Assembly (NCBI GenBank): GCA_002269645.1
Contig: NIVC01001122.1
Location: 186,001 to 250,000 of the forward strand
DNA from: Macrostomum lignano
Taxonomy: Eukaryota
Length of the DNA stretch: 64,000 nucleotides
Direction: 5' to 3'
The position numbers and the translations under genes were made by a program. The notes beneath the pieces are model-generated. The model was not told the DNA's origin, did no database searches, and was given only the letters and a program-made list of their open reading frames with translations. Shown one piece after another: positions 1 through 13,559 of this stretch (within the stretch, counting starts at the first letter, position 1; every line of letters begins with the position of its first letter).

Positions 1-933
1 GGAGGGACAGGAAGGCTACATGTAAGGACAGGAAGGCTACATGGAGGGATAGGAAGGCTACATGGAGGGACAGGAAGGCTACATGTAGGGACAGGAAGGC
101 TACATGGAGGGATAGGAAGGCTAGGGATAGGAAGGCTAGGGATAGGAAGGCTACATGTAGGGATAGGAAGGCTAGGGACAGGAAGGCTACATGTAGGGAT
201 AGGAAGGCTACATGTAGGGACAGGAAGGCTAGGGACAGGAAGGCTACATGTAGGGATAGGAAGGCTACATGTAGGGACAGGAAGGCTACATGGAGGGATA
301 GGAAGGCTACATGGAGGGACAGGAAGGCTACACGGAGGGACAAGAAGGCTACATGGAGGGATAGAAAGGCTGCATGGAGGGACAGGAAGGCTACATGGAG
401 GGATAGGAAGGCTAGGGATAGAAAGGTTACATGTAGGGATAGAAAGGCTACATGTAGAGATAGGAAGGCTACATGTAGGGATAGAAAGGCTACATGTAGG
501 GATAGGAAGGCTATATGGAGGGATAGGAAGGCTATATGGAGGGATAGGAAGGCTATATGGAGGGATAGGAAGGCTACATGTAGGGATAGGAAGGCTACAT
601 GTAGGGATAGGAAGGCTATATGGAGGGATAGGAAGGCTATATGGAGGGATAGGAAGGCTACATGTAGGGATAGGAAGGCTACATGTAGGGATAGGAAGGC
701 TACATGTAGGGATAGGAAGGCTATATGGAGGGATAGGAAGGCTATATGGAGGGACCGGAAGGCTACATGTAGGGATAGGAAGGCTACATGTAGGGATAGG
801 AAGGCTACATGGAGGGATAGGAAGGCTATATGGAGGGACCGGAAGGCTACATGTAGGGATAGGAAGGCTACATGGAGGGATAGGAAGGCTATATGGAGGG
901 ACCGGAAGGCTACATGGAGGGACCGGAAGGCTA
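1..933. repeat. Intronic minisatellite, about 21-mer ggaaggctacatgtagggata
   Basis: Tandem copies read directly. Confidence 0.95.
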
Positions 934-965
934 TTTTTATCATTAATAATCCCGTGTAATTTCAG

Positions 966-3900
966 TCTCTAACCATCGAGCTGCACGACGATCCATTCGA
1001 GCTTAACCTGAGCGAAAACTACCTGCTGATGCTGGACGAATGCCTGGAGACTGAGGAGCGAATCCTCATCGCCCAGGCCATGGCTAGACGGGCCGGCCAC
1101 CTCGATAGGGACAAACTGGCCCAGATTAGCGAGCAGCTGCACGCCCGCAAAGCCGACACATTTATTAAGCGTAAGATGAAGCTGCGCGAGTGCCCGGCTA
1201 GCCAGACTCTGATGACCTGGTCCGTCAGCCGCCTGTCCGTAGCCTGGCTGCTGGACACTTCGCTCAGAGGCCGCGGCCGGCTCCTGCAAGCGATGTCGAG
1301 CATCGATCCGTGGTCGCCGCTGCCGCCCGGCCACGAGTTCGGCACCCTCTACGGCCGGCGGCTGCTTGTTGACGCGGCCGCTTGGACTTGCCAGCTGCGC
1401 GACTATCCGGAGTGCCTGCTGCGCACTAAGGAGCTCAGCCTGCAGACTCGCCTAGTGGTGGCCGAGAGCGCGCCCAGCCCCAACTCCATCCGATTCGTCA
1501 CCGTGGAGCCTGGCAGTCCCTGGCCAAATGCCACCGTCATTCGTTGCATGCCGCCGTTGAAATTCTTCCACGACGCCCGGATGCGACTGCAGCTGGCCGA
1601 GCTGTGCTACGGATCCAACTGGCAGCCGGCTTTCGATTGGTTCAACCAGTGCTTTAATAACATCCTCAGGCCGACTAGGGACCCCAGTCCGCCCATGCCC
1701 TGGTGGGATAAATGCCGGCTGAAGTACCACGGCACTCTGGTGGCCGAGGCTAAGGAAATGGTTTGGCGCTATCACACCAGCGGAGATCCCTGCAACTCTA
1801 CGGAGTTTCTCGAACTGCGATGGTCTAACGGGGTGGACTTCGAGTGGACTAATAGTGAGTTGAGCTGGAATTGATTGAGGAAGTCAAATCCTCTTCGGTA
1901 TTATCACCTCTCCTGTATCCGCCCTCGCCTGTATCCGCCCCTCATCTGTATCCTCCCTCACCTGTATCCGCCCCTCACCTGTATCCGCCCCTCATCTGTA
2001 TCCTCCCTAACCTGTATCCGCCCTTCATCTGTATCCGCCCCTTATCTGTATCCGCCCCTTTCCTGTATCCGCCCCCTCACCTGTATCCGCCCCTCATCTG
2101 TATCCACCCTTCATGTGTATCCGCCCCTCACCTGTATCTGCACCTCACCTGTATCCGCCCCTTACCTCCATTCGCCCCTCATCTGTATCCTCCCTCACCT
2201 GTTTCCGCCCCTCACCCGTATCCGCCCCTCTCCTGTATCCGCCCCTCACCTGTATCCGCCCCTCACCTGTATCCTCCCTCACCTGTTTCCGCCCCTCATC
2301 TGTATCCGCCCCTCTCCTGTATCCGCCCCTCACCTGTATCCGCCCCTCTCCTGTATCCGCCCCTCTCCTGTATCCGCCCCTCATCTGTATCCGCCCCTCA
2401 TCTGTATCCGCCCCTCTCCTGTATCCGCCCCCTCACCTGTTTCCGCCCCCTCACCTGTATCCGCCCCTCATCTGTATCCGCCCCTCATCTGTATCCGCCC
2501 TCGCCTGTATCCGCCCCTCATCTGTATCCTCCCCCACCTGTATCCGCCCCTTACCTGTATCCGCCCCTCATCTGTATCCTCCCTCACCTGTTTCCGCCCC
2601 CTCACCTGTATCCGCCCCTCATCTGTATCCGCCCCTCACCTGTATCCGCCCCTCTCCTGTATCCGCCCCTCTCCTGTATCCGTCCCCTCACCTGTTTCCG
2701 CCCCCTCACCTGTATCCGCCCCTCATCTGTATCCGCCCCTCATCTGTATCCGCTCATCGCCCACCCGTCTCTACTCACTCCACCGCACCTTCACCCATCC
2801 ACGCTGCAGTGCTCTGGAGTTTCCAAGGCGATCTCGACGTGCACTGCCGTACCGCTTCGAAATACGACGATTGCCGCTTGTTCCACTTTCCTGCCACTCG
2901 GTACAACATACTGATTGAATGGATCACGGACGGCAATCCCAATGATCACCACTCCGTGATGCCGGTCAATCCTGACAGGCTGCCAAAAGGCACTGATCTT
3001 GTTAGTTTAATTTCATTGATCACTCGTAGTTTGCAATATCACTCGTAGTTCACATAATTACTGGCAGCTCACACAATCACTCGTAGTTTAGCCTACCAAA
3101 AGCAGTTCACACAATCAATCACTGGCAGTTCACACAATCTATCATTGGTAGCTCACACAATCAATCACTGGCAGTTCACACAATCAATCACTGGTAGTTC
3201 ACACAATCAATGACTGGCAGTTCACACAATCAATCACTGGTAGTTCACACAATCAATCACTGGCAGTTCACACAATCAATCACTGGCAGTTCACACAATC
3301 AATCACTGGTAGTTCACACAATCAATGACTGGCAGTTCACACAATCAATCACTGGTAGTTCACACAATCAATGACTGGCAGTTCACACAATCAATGACTG
3401 GCAGTTCACGCAGCCAAAAAGCAGTTCTATATCACCCGCCGTTCAATCCGTCAACCGCTAGTCGAGCCTGGACTCGTTCGCCCAGTTCCGCACTCGCGGC
3501 ATCAACCTCACATTCGACCTGCGAGTTGGCGTAGGTCTTCCACGCGAAGCGTCCGCCGGCAGCCCCGACCCAGTGGCCGAGTCCAACTGCTACACAAACG
3601 CGTTGAAATTCTTCGACAAGCTGGCCACCTGCCTCACCAAGGTGTCCCGGCCGATACGACGCGGCCAGATCTTTCGTCAGAACGTCGGAGGTCGCGGCGC
3701 TGCCGGCGTCGGTGGCCGGAAGCCGCTATTTGGCCGCAGTTTGCGCAGCTTCCGCTTGAATCTCGCCTGTCCGCGCACCCTGTCTGAGCAAGTTTTTTAG
3801 GGTTTAGTTTATCCTTTTGTTATCGATTCTTCAGAGTGACAGAATCTGCGTGACGGAGTTTGAAATGGTCAAGATAAGCGCCAAAATTGATGCTTTAGCT

Positions 3901-6900
3901 GTCTCCAAGATTGATAAGTCAAGATGGCGCCAAAATTGATGCTTTAGCTGTCTCCAAGATTGATAAGTCAAGATGGCGCCAAGATAGATAGTCAAGATGG
4001 CGCCAAGATTGATGAGTCAAGATGGCGCCAAGATTGATAAGTCAAGATGCCGCCAAGATTGATAAGTCAAGATGGCGCCAAGATTGATAAGTCAAGATGG
4101 CGCCAAGATTGATAAGTCAAGATGCCGCCAAGATTGATAAGTCAAGATGGCGCCAAGATAGATAGTCAAGATGGCGCCAAGATTGATAAGTCAAGATGGC
4201 GCCAAGATAGATAGTCAAGATGGCGCCAAGATTGATAAGTCAAGATGGCGCCAAGATAGATAGTGAAGATGGCGCCAAGATTGATAAGTCAAGATAAGCT
4301 CCAAGATTGATGGTCAAGCTGGCGCCAAGATTGATGGTCAAGCTGGCGCCAAGATTGATGGTCAAGCTGGCGCCAAGATTGATGGTCAAGCTGGCGCCAA
4401 GATTGATGGTCAAGCTGGCGCCAAGATTGGTCAGGCTGGCGCCAAGATTGGTCAGACTGGCGCCAAGATTGATGATGGTTAAGATGGCGCCAAGAGTGAT
4501 GATGGTCAGGCTGGTGCCAAGATTGATGGTCAAGATGGTGTCGTAAAGTCGGTCTTGATGCTTCAGGTGCGCTAACAAATGAACAATCAATCATCGGCAT
4601 ATTACATACATCCCATCACTAGGTACTGGGTATCCTTCTCTCGCCGTCACGGCATTCAAATGTCCACCGGGGAGCTACAGTTGCGCGCCTGCTTCACCAT
4701 GGAGCTGGCCGGCTATAAAGACGGCCTGAAGCGCCGGCCGAGGGCCCAGTGGACCGCCAGCAGCTTGACTGTGAAAATCCGGGGGGTCAGCGTCACGCTG
4801 AGCAGCAGCGGAGTGGACGGCCGGCTGCAACTGCTGGAGCTGTCCGCTGTGGACTACAATCGGTCTGGCAGTGGCCAGGCTCGGGGACCAGCTTTTCAAC
4901 CTTCAACTCAGGTGAGTTTGGGGCCTTGTAGGGTGTCTGTGCTTCTGGTGTAGGTGTCTGTACTTCCTGTGTAGGGTGTCTGTGCTTCTAATTATTGGGT
5001 ATCTAGACTTGTGATGGGTGTCTAGATTTTTAAATCGCCAAATGCCTTATCCGCTAGCTTACCTCACCTATTCAGCAATATTCGAGTTAATCACTAATCG
5101 ACATAATGTAAATCAATGCCCTCAGAGGACTCCAGAGAGGCGAACGATTCGCGAAGCCGATCGTCTACCGGGGTGAGTTCGTCGAGCAAGCTGCTCTCCG
5201 CAGTTCTTCAGTGGTTAGACAGCTTTTACTTATGTTTTTGGTGCTGCATGTGCTGTTTTTAGATTAACTTTTATGTGGCTATATTGCTACTAATCTATTT
5301 ATCTTTCATGCTTTTTGTATAAAAAATTAAACAGCATTAGCCTCCTGTCCCTCCTGACATCCACCTCACTCCCTGTCCTTTTCTACCCCCAATCCGACAG
5401 CCACCTCACTCCCTGTTCTTGTCTACCCCCAATCCGACAGCCACCTCACTCCCTGTCCTTTTCTACCCCCAATCCGACAGCCACCTCACTCCCTGTTCTT
5501 GTCTACCCCCCAATCCGACAGCCACCTCACTCCCTGTCCTTTTCTACCCCCTAATCCGACAGCCACCTCACTCCCTGTCCTTTTCTACCCCCAATCCGAC
5601 AGCCACCTCACTCCCTGTCCTTTTCTACCCCCTAATCCGACAGCCACCTCACTCCCTGTTCTTTTCTACCCCCCTAATCCGACAGCCACCTCACTCCCTG
5701 TCCTTTTCTACCCCCAATCCGACAGCCACCTCACTCCCTGTTCTTGTCTACCCCCCAATCCGACAGCTACCTCACTCCCTGTCCTTTTCTACCCCCAATC
5801 CGACAGCCACCTCACTCCCTGTCCTTTTCTACCCCCCATCCGACAGCCACCTCACTCCTGTCCTCTGCCTTCTCAAGATTGAAACTTTTGTTTAGTCGGA
5901 AAGGTTTCAGAACTAATTTAAATTTGTGTGTCATCACATTTTAAGTTCTTTGTTTCGACAACGAAGGTAAGCATTGCCTTAGGTGAATTTCTTCCAGCAG
6001 TATTTTGCTAGTATAAGTTAATTCATGCATGGGACCTCAATACTGCCTATTATTAGAACTTGAAGATTAAATATTATAACAGTTGCCTGTCTCCGAGCTA
6101 TGCTATCTCAATAATCAATAAAATAATTGTTGAATTTTGTTTTCAGTTTTTCGCTTTCAGTGAAGTAACAAATCGTTTCTGTTCCTTTATTGTGCGCATA
6201 TGTTTGGCTGTGGAAATTGTCGCCAATGAGAAAAAAACAGCTTTGCTTATTAAAAGTACACGCGTCAGCGCATTTATAATTAGCTCGCAGTTGCAAGAGT
6301 TTATAGAAGTTAATCGCGATTTAATATGTTTATAACTTGACGCCCAACAATGACCAAACAAAGTGAATTTGTCTCCACACAGGAGGACGGAGCATCGGGC
6401 AGTGTCTCGTCTGACCCAGAGGTGCCAACGATAACAAATTTATTTATTAATTATTATTTGTTTTTAGCCGCGCGCTTGCCGTGATCCTGTAGATTTTTAA
6501 CCATTCTTATTTAGTATCCTTTAGGTGCTCGGTGTGCGAGTTTTCATTATTCATTTCTTAAAAACTTATAATTAGCACTGGTTATGTAAATTACTATAAT
6601 AACTTTAACTACTTTTATGCTTGTACTTTGATCCTAATCTTGAGTAGTGTGTTTAGTTTATCTATGACCCCTGATTGTCTTGCTTTAATATTTCTCTATG
6701 TCGTAAGCCTGTTGTGCCACCAAATCAGCAATTTAATAGAAGATATTCTATTTTTATGACAATTTGCGTAGGGGCTGATATTGCATGAGCTAATGAGGGC
6801 TTTGAATGGTTAATTTTAATAAACTGACTAATCTTAATCAGTTTATTAGGCTTGGGTCATTTGGTTTCAGGACATTCAATTTAGGTCAGTTCAGATCAGT

Positions 6901-9900
6901 CAGGTTAGTTGTGTCAGTCATGTCAGGGTCATGTCTTTCAGGTCAGGTAAGGTCAAGTCAGGTCAGGTAAGGTCATTATGTCTTTCAGGTCAGGTAAGGT
7001 CATGTCAGGTTAGCTCGGGTCATGTCTTTCAGGTCAGTCAGGTCAGGTCAGCTCGGGTTATGTCTTTCAGGTCAGGTAAGGTCATGTCAGGTTAGCTCGG
7101 GTCATGTCTTTCAGGTCAATCAGGTCAGGTCAGCTCGGGTTATGTCTTTCAGGTCATGTCAGGTCAGCTCAGCTCGGGTTATGTCTTTCAGGTCAGGTCA
7201 GGTCAGCCCGGGTTATGTCTCTCAGGTCAGGTAAGGTCAGGTCAGCTCGGGGCCATGTCTGTCAGGTCAGGTCAGGTCATGTCATGTCTGGCTAAATAAG
7301 GTCAGGCAGTGTTGTGCCAAAAATTATATTTTTATACAAAACCTTTACAACCTTCGTCCCCATGTGGTTGCCCCCGCTTATGGATATTGTCCCCATATGG
7401 TTGCCCCCGCTTATGGATATTGTCCCCATGTGGTTGCCCCCTCTATGGATATTGTCCCCATGTGGTTGCCCCCGCTTATCGATATTGTCCCCATGTGGTT
7501 ACCCCCTCTTATGGATATTGTCCCCATATGGTTGCCCCCGCTTATCGATATTGTCCCCATGTGGTTGCCCCGCTTATGGATATTGTCCCCATATGGTTGC
7601 CCCTTCTATGGATATTGTCCCCATATGGTTGCCCCCGCTTATGGATATTGTCCCCATGTGGTTGCCCCTTCTATGGATATTGTCCCCATATGGTTGCCCC
7701 CGCTTATGGATATTGTCCCCATGTGGTTGCCCCTTCTATGGATATTGTCCCCATATGGTTGCCCCCGCTTATCGATATTGTCCCCATGTGGTTGCCCCCT
7801 CTACGGATTTTGTCCCCATGTGGTTGCCCCCTCTATGGATTTTGTCCATCGGTTAAATGTGCTCCCATAGAATTTGTCATTATTATTAATCACAAAACTT
7901 TAGTAAAATATTGTAAAAGCAAATAAACACACTTTTATCGCTTGTATATCCTTACCTGGCTCCATTAGCCAGTTCTCATGGCTTCAGTTAGCAGAGCTCT
8001 GTTAATCCGTCGGCAACAACCGCCCCTCCGCAGAGACTAACAGCCAAGCACAACGTGTTCGTGAAGGATTTGAAAGTTCGCTGGACCCTAGAGATTCGAA
8101 ATCACATATTCGGCCTGATCAACATCTACCAGGACGCGATGGAGTTGCGCAAGAATCTGTCCGCTCCCATGCCTACTCAGCTCAAAGTCCTGCTAGAGGG
8201 AGAGGCGGCCCGGGCGGCCGGGGATCCCTCTGTGCAGCAGCGGCAGCGCCAGCAGCAGCGCCAGCAGCAGCAACAGCAACAGCAGCAGCAGGAGCAGCAC
8301 AGGCGAACATCCTCAGTAAAGCAGCACCGCAGCTGGGATTATCGAGCCGCTCACCAGCCTCCGTCGGCGTCATCAACGCCTACTCAGAATCCGGCGGCGG
8401 CGGCGGCGGCGGCTCCAATCTCCACTTCTACCCCCGCGAATTCGACTGCCGCTCCCGCTAGCGCCTCCGGCTCGGCGTCCGCTTCCGCCGCGGCCACTTC
8501 CGGTTCCGCTTCCGGTTCGGCGGCGGCGGCTGACGCTGGCTACGATTTCGAAGCCCTGCTAAGCCGCCTGGCCTACGAGCGCGAGCACGAGCTCAATATT
8601 AACGTCAGCTCGGACCAGACTGGCCAAGCCAGGGACATCGGCCGCTGCCTGCACGGACACGCCCTGTGCAGCATCAAGGACGTGCTGGAATGCCAGCTTC
8701 GGGTTGATCTGCTCAATCTTCAATTGTTATTGAAGTCGCCCAATACGCCCGGCTATTTGATTGTGTGCGCTGATCGGACCTGCCTGAGCCTGGCTCAGTG
8801 CCAGCCCGTGTGGCGGGGCGAGGAGCTGCTGAGTAAGTCCACTGTCACAGGCGACCTAATCGGCATGCAGTATTTCAGCACTGTTGGTCGCGGCCAAGCC
8901 GAGGAGAGGTGGCTGCCTGAGGCTATCGTTCGAGGCAATCGCGTTGGACTGGAGGACGAGCTGAAGGTTTGCGCGTGATTTTTTATTGGCTTTTGTGCCG
9001 CTCTAAGTGGCAGCGAGGTGGTGGAGAGAGAAGGTGGGAGAGAAAGTAGAGGGAGGAAGTAGAGGATTAGAGAAGGTAGGGCGAAAGGAAAGAGAAAAGA
9101 GAAGGGAAAGAAGAGAGTAGAGAGGGAGAGGAGAGGGAGAGCGATGAGAGAAGAGAGCAGAGGAGAAGAGAGGAAGGGAATAACAGGGGGAAAGAGGAGA
9201 GAAGAGAGGAGTGGAAGAGCCGGGAGAGAAAAGAGGAGGGGAGAGCAGGGAGAGAAGAGAGTAGGGGAGAGAAGAGAGGAGGGAAGAGCAGGGAGAGAAG
9301 AGAGGAGGGAGAGCAGAGAGAGAAGAGAGAAGGGAAGAGCAGGGAGAAAAGAGAGGAGGGGAAGAGCCGGGAGAGAAGAGAGGAGGGGAAGAGCCGGGAG
9401 AAAAGAGAGGAGGGGAAGAGCCGGGAGAAAAGAGAAGAGGGGAAGAGACGGGAGAAAAGAGAGGAGGGGAAGAGCCGGGAGAAAAGAGAAGAGGGGAAGA
9501 GCCGGGAGAAAAGAGAGGAGGGGAAGAGCCGGGAGAAAAGAGAAGAGGGGAAGAGCCGGGAGAAAAGAGAGGAGGGGAAGAGCCGGGAGAAAAGAGAAGA
9601 GGGGAAGAGCCGGGAGAAAAGAGAGGAGGGGAAGAGCCGGGAGAAAAGAGAAGAGGGGAAGAGCCGGGAGAAAAGAGAGGAGGGGAAGAGCCGGGAGAAA
9701 AGAGAAGAGGGGAAGAGCCGGGAGAGAAGAGAGAAGGGAAGAGCCGGGAGAAAAGAGAGGAGGGGAAGAGCCGGGAGAAAAGAGAAGAAGGGAAGAGCCG
9801 GGAGAAAAGAGAGGAGGGGAAGAGCCGGGAGAAAAGAGAAGAGGGGAAGAGCCGGGAGAAAAGAGAGGAGGGGAAGAGCCGGGAGAAAAGAGAAGAGGGG

Positions 9901-12900
9901 AAGAGCCGGGAGAAAAGAGAGGAGGGGAAGAGCCGGGAGAAAAGAGAAGAGGGGAAGAGCCGGGAGAAAAGAGAGGAGTGGAAGAGCCGGGAGAGAAGAG
10001 AGGAGGGGAAGAGCAGGGAGAGAAGAGAGGAGGGGAAGAGCCGGGAGAAAAGAGAGGAGGGGAAGAGCCGGGAGAAAAGAGAGGAGGGGAAGAGCCGGGA
10101 GAGAAGAGAGGAGTGGAAGAGCCGGGAGAAAAGAGAGGAGGGGAAGAGCCGGGAGAGAAGAGAGGAGGGAAGAGCCGGGAGAAAAGAGAGGAGGGGAAGA
10201 GCCGGGAGAAAAGAGAGGAGGGAAAGAGCCGGGAGAGAAGAGAGGAGGGAAGAGCAGGGAGAGAAGAGAGGAGGGAAGAGCAGGGAGAGAAGAGAGGAGG
10301 GAAGAGCAGGGAGAAAAGAGAGGAGGGGAAGAGCAGAGAGAAAGAGAGGAGGGAGGGAATTAAGCGAGGAGAGTAGATAGCAAAGAGTAACTTCTAATTT
10401 TGTATAAAACCATTACATAAAGTGGTTCTTAATGCAGAAAAGTAAAATTTTGTCAACCGTTGGTATTAAAAAATTGCCGCTGCCGCCTCTCCCAGGGATG
10501 CCCAGACGTGGTCGGCGCCGGGCCCCGCGTCGGCGGCATCGTGTCGGACCGGGTCGGCTCCGGCGACAACCTGCAGCGCATCGTGTCCCGCTGCCGCTGC
10601 GACATTCGCTACGCCAGCTACACGCCCGGCGATCCCAGCGAGATGGCGCACCTGTCAATCATCGGGCCGGCGGCCGAGGATCCGGTGTTCACTAATGAGG
10701 AAGGCGTGACCACCTTCACACTGTGGCATCACACCATAGCGGCCTGCGCCAATTCCCAGCAGTGGGAGCGGGCAATCGATCTCATTCAGAATCTGCTGTT
10801 CTACGTTGAACCAAAACGTAAAGAGCTGATGGAGCGGCTGCAGACTCTGAAATGGGCGCTATTTGTGAAACCGCCAGAGCATCAGCGCGAGCTGATTCTG
10901 TCCGATCAGGAGGAGCTGCGAAATCTTATGCAGGACCAGCGCGACATTGGTACGCTGTGTGCTTGCTTGTGTACTTCTTAATCAGGTTTTGTCTGTCAGT
11001 AGCTGATCGCTGCAAAATCAGGTCTTTGTCCGTCAATAGCTGATCGCTGCAAATTCAGGTCTTTGTCTGTCAGTAGCTGATCGCTGCAAAATCAGGTCTT
11101 TGTCCGTCAATAGCTGATCGCTGCAAATTCAGGTCTTTGTCTGTCAGTAACTAATTTGCGATTTCAGGTCTTTGTCAGTCAATAACTTTTTTTTCCAATA
11201 CTAGTTCTTTGTAACTATACAAATATTTGGTCTTTGTCAATCAATAACAAATTATAGTCTTTATTTATTACGCAATAAACTTTGTTTAAATCGACTCCCC
11301 TAACCCGAGCAGAGAAGGACATCTACCGCCTACTTAAAGAGGCCGCCTCTCCAACCCGTCGTGGCGACGAACTCCTTCGCGACCTGGAGGCCCGCGCCGC
11401 CGCGGTCAAGGAGAAGATCCAGGATCGGTCCGCGGTGCTGGCGCTGCGCATCAACGTCTACCAGGTGTCGCAGCTGGGCCGGCACGGCAGGCGCAATCAG
11501 AGCAAGCAGGAGCGAATGATCCGGCGAAACGAAATCTGCTTCGAGGACGCCACCTGCGTGCTGACTAAGGAGGCCGGCCAGCTGGACTTCGCCAAAGTTA
11601 TTTTAAAAGATTTTCTGTACACGCGCACGTTTAAGGCCGATTATAGCGGGGCGCATCACATCGAGCTGGGCTATCTGCAGGTGAGAGCCTTCTTTCAATG
11701 GATATGATTTATTGGAATAGCCGATATGTATCGAAAATAATTATTTTAGGTAACTGCTACAGAATGGAAATAAAATCTGGGTTTACGGGGCAGAATTTTA
11801 CTTAGGCGATATGTTTCGAAATTATAGTAGTATTTTTGTTATAAAATTTGACAATTCGATGCACCTTCTCTGTTCGCACGATATGTATCGAAATTTATTA
11901 TACAGGCTTTAAGTTTGGGGAATACATAAATGCGTAGTATTCATATCATCTTTTAAATTAGCCGATATGTATCGAAATTTATTATACAGGCTTTAAGTTT
12001 GGGGAATACATAAATGCGTAGTATTCATATCATCTTTTAAATTAGCCGATATGTATCGAAATTTATTATACAGGCTTTAAGTTTGGGGAATACATAAATG
12101 CGTAGTATTCATATCATCTTTTAAATTAGCCGATATGTATCGAAAATTATATATCACAATGTCTCTCAATGAAAAATTCGAATTAACCGAAATGCACAAA
12201 AACTCATAGTATATTTTCATAATCAGCCGATATGTATCGAAAATATTCAATTTTAATTTGCTTTGATCTTCACCGCCCTGCAGGTGCAAGACACCGCTAA
12301 TGGTTGTGTCGACGTTGTCTCGCCAACCCACTGGCGCCGGCCGCCCGCTCTGCCCGACGGCGCTGGCGGCAACGCGGAGGCCTCCGGAGGAGGCGCCGAC
12401 GCGTCGTCATCTTCGGCAGCGACAGCGGCGGCGGCAGCGGCGGCAGCTGCGGACGCAGAAGCGGACAGCCAGCAGCAGCCGTTTCTGCGCGTCGACTGCG
12501 TTGAACTGCCGCCAATCACTGGCATCAGCGTCAAGCAGAGCCTGGAGGTGCAGATCGACCGGCTGAAGCTGAACGTAACAAAGAGTTTCTATAAGGAGAT
12601 CAAGGACTTCCTGTTCGACACTGAAAGCGGCGGAGGCGGCGGCAGCGCCAGTGGCACCGGAGGCGGCGGCAGCCTCGCCAGCGGCAGCAGCAACGCCAAC
12701 ATCGTCGGCGTGGGCGCCACCGGCGGCGGCGGTGGCGGCGGAAGTTCAACAACAAGCGGCAACTACAGCGGCAGCGTCGGTGGCAACGGCGGCGGTAGCC
12801 AGCCCGGCCCAGTCGGCGGCACCAGCAGCGCGGTTGTGGCCGCTCAGCGTCTTCGCGGAGGCGGCGGCAGCAGCGGCAACAGTGTCGTCGGCGGGGTCAG

Positions 12901-13426
12901 CGGCGGCGCCGTTGGCGGAGTTGTCAGCGGCGGCGGTGTCGGCAGCAGCGGCGGCGGAGGCGGCGGAGGCGGCGGAGGCGGCGCATCAGGCGCCGGTGCC
13001 ACGGCGGCGGACATGTTCGAGACGATGCGGATGCGCGCGGCCGAGACGCACACATTCTACAGTGTCCGCGTGTTCCCCGTGCCCATCATCCTGTCCTACA
13101 AGGGCGAGAAGGACCGGTCCATCATCAACCTGACGGACTATGAGATTCTCAGTCCGCCTATTGAGATTTCTAATCGCAATTTCACCTGGCAAGATTTGGC
13201 CGTCGAAATTAAACAGCGCGTCTCTAGGGACATCATCCAGCAGGTGCTGAAGCAGAAGCTGAAGATTCCTCGCCCGTTCCGAGACCAGACGCCGTTCCAG
13301 CCCATGCGGGAGCCGCGGCCGATGTCCGAGCAGCAGAAGGCGGTCATGATATTCGGGCACAAGTACGCTGAGACGGCTAGGAAAGGCAAGCCCGCGTCCT
13401 CAGCTGCCAAACAGCTGCCCGATTGA
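966..13426 (+). CDS. BLTP2: Bridge-like lipid transfer protein BLTP2/KIAA0100/hobbit/Fmp27 homolog, 5'-partial, multi-exon
   Basis: Exons 966-1854, 2810-3000, 3462-3787, 4623-4911, 7992(or 7995)-8966, 10496-10949, 11313-11680, 12284-13426. Phases join in frame (4635 nt). Motifs recognised from memory of KIAA0100: HDDPFELNL, DLDVHCRTASKYDDC, GNPNDHHSV, SRPIRRG, YWVSF, QPVWRG, QRIVSRCRC, NLLFYVEPKRKE, GISVKQSLEV, VPIILSYKGEK, FTWQDL. The window starts inside an intron. Confidence 0.92.
1905..2752. repeat. Intronic minisatellite, 17-18-mer cctcacctgtatccgcc
   Basis: Tandem copies read directly. Confidence 0.95.
3058..3412. repeat. Intronic minisatellite, 23-mer cagttcacacaatcaatcactgg
   Basis: Tandem copies read directly. 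Confidence 0.95.
3865..4540. repeat. Intronic minisatellite, 25-mer aagattgataagtcaagatggcgcc grading into a 24-mer variant
   Basis: Tandem copies read directly. Confidence 0.95.
5365..5860. repeat. Intronic minisatellite, 40-42-mer aatccgacagccacctcactccctgtccttttctaccccc
   Basis: Tandem copies read directly. Confidence 0.95.
6885..7305. repeat. Irregular tcagg-based intronic repeat
   Basis: (tcagg)n interspersed with ctcgggttatgtctt. Confidence 0.85.
7355..7850. repeat. Intronic minisatellite, 32-33-mer atggatattgtccccatatggttgcccccgctt
   Basis: Tandem copies read directly. Confidence 0.95.
9015..10375. repeat. Polypurine intronic minisatellite, about 27-mer ggaagagccgggagaaaagagaggagg
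   Basis: Tandem copies; almost pure G/A on the + strand. Confidence 0.95.
10981..11170. repeat. Intronic 37-mer tandem repeat (about 4.5 copies)
   Basis: Unit tcaggtctttgtccgtcaatagctgatcgctgcaaat. Confidence 0.9.
11879..12142. repeat. Intronic 84-mer tandem repeat (about 3 copies)
   Basis: gatatgtatcgaaatttattatacagg... recurs every 84 nt. Confidence 0.9.
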
Positions 13427-13559
13427 GCCTTGTAACTCCGACTTGGACCTGCGGCTCTCTAACTGCTCGAACGAATCTATTATGTGTATAAAGCTGTTTT
13501 TTAGCGAGGATGCAGAGTCGTGTATATTAGTCGTTCAAATTTTGTTCTGCTAAGAGAGG

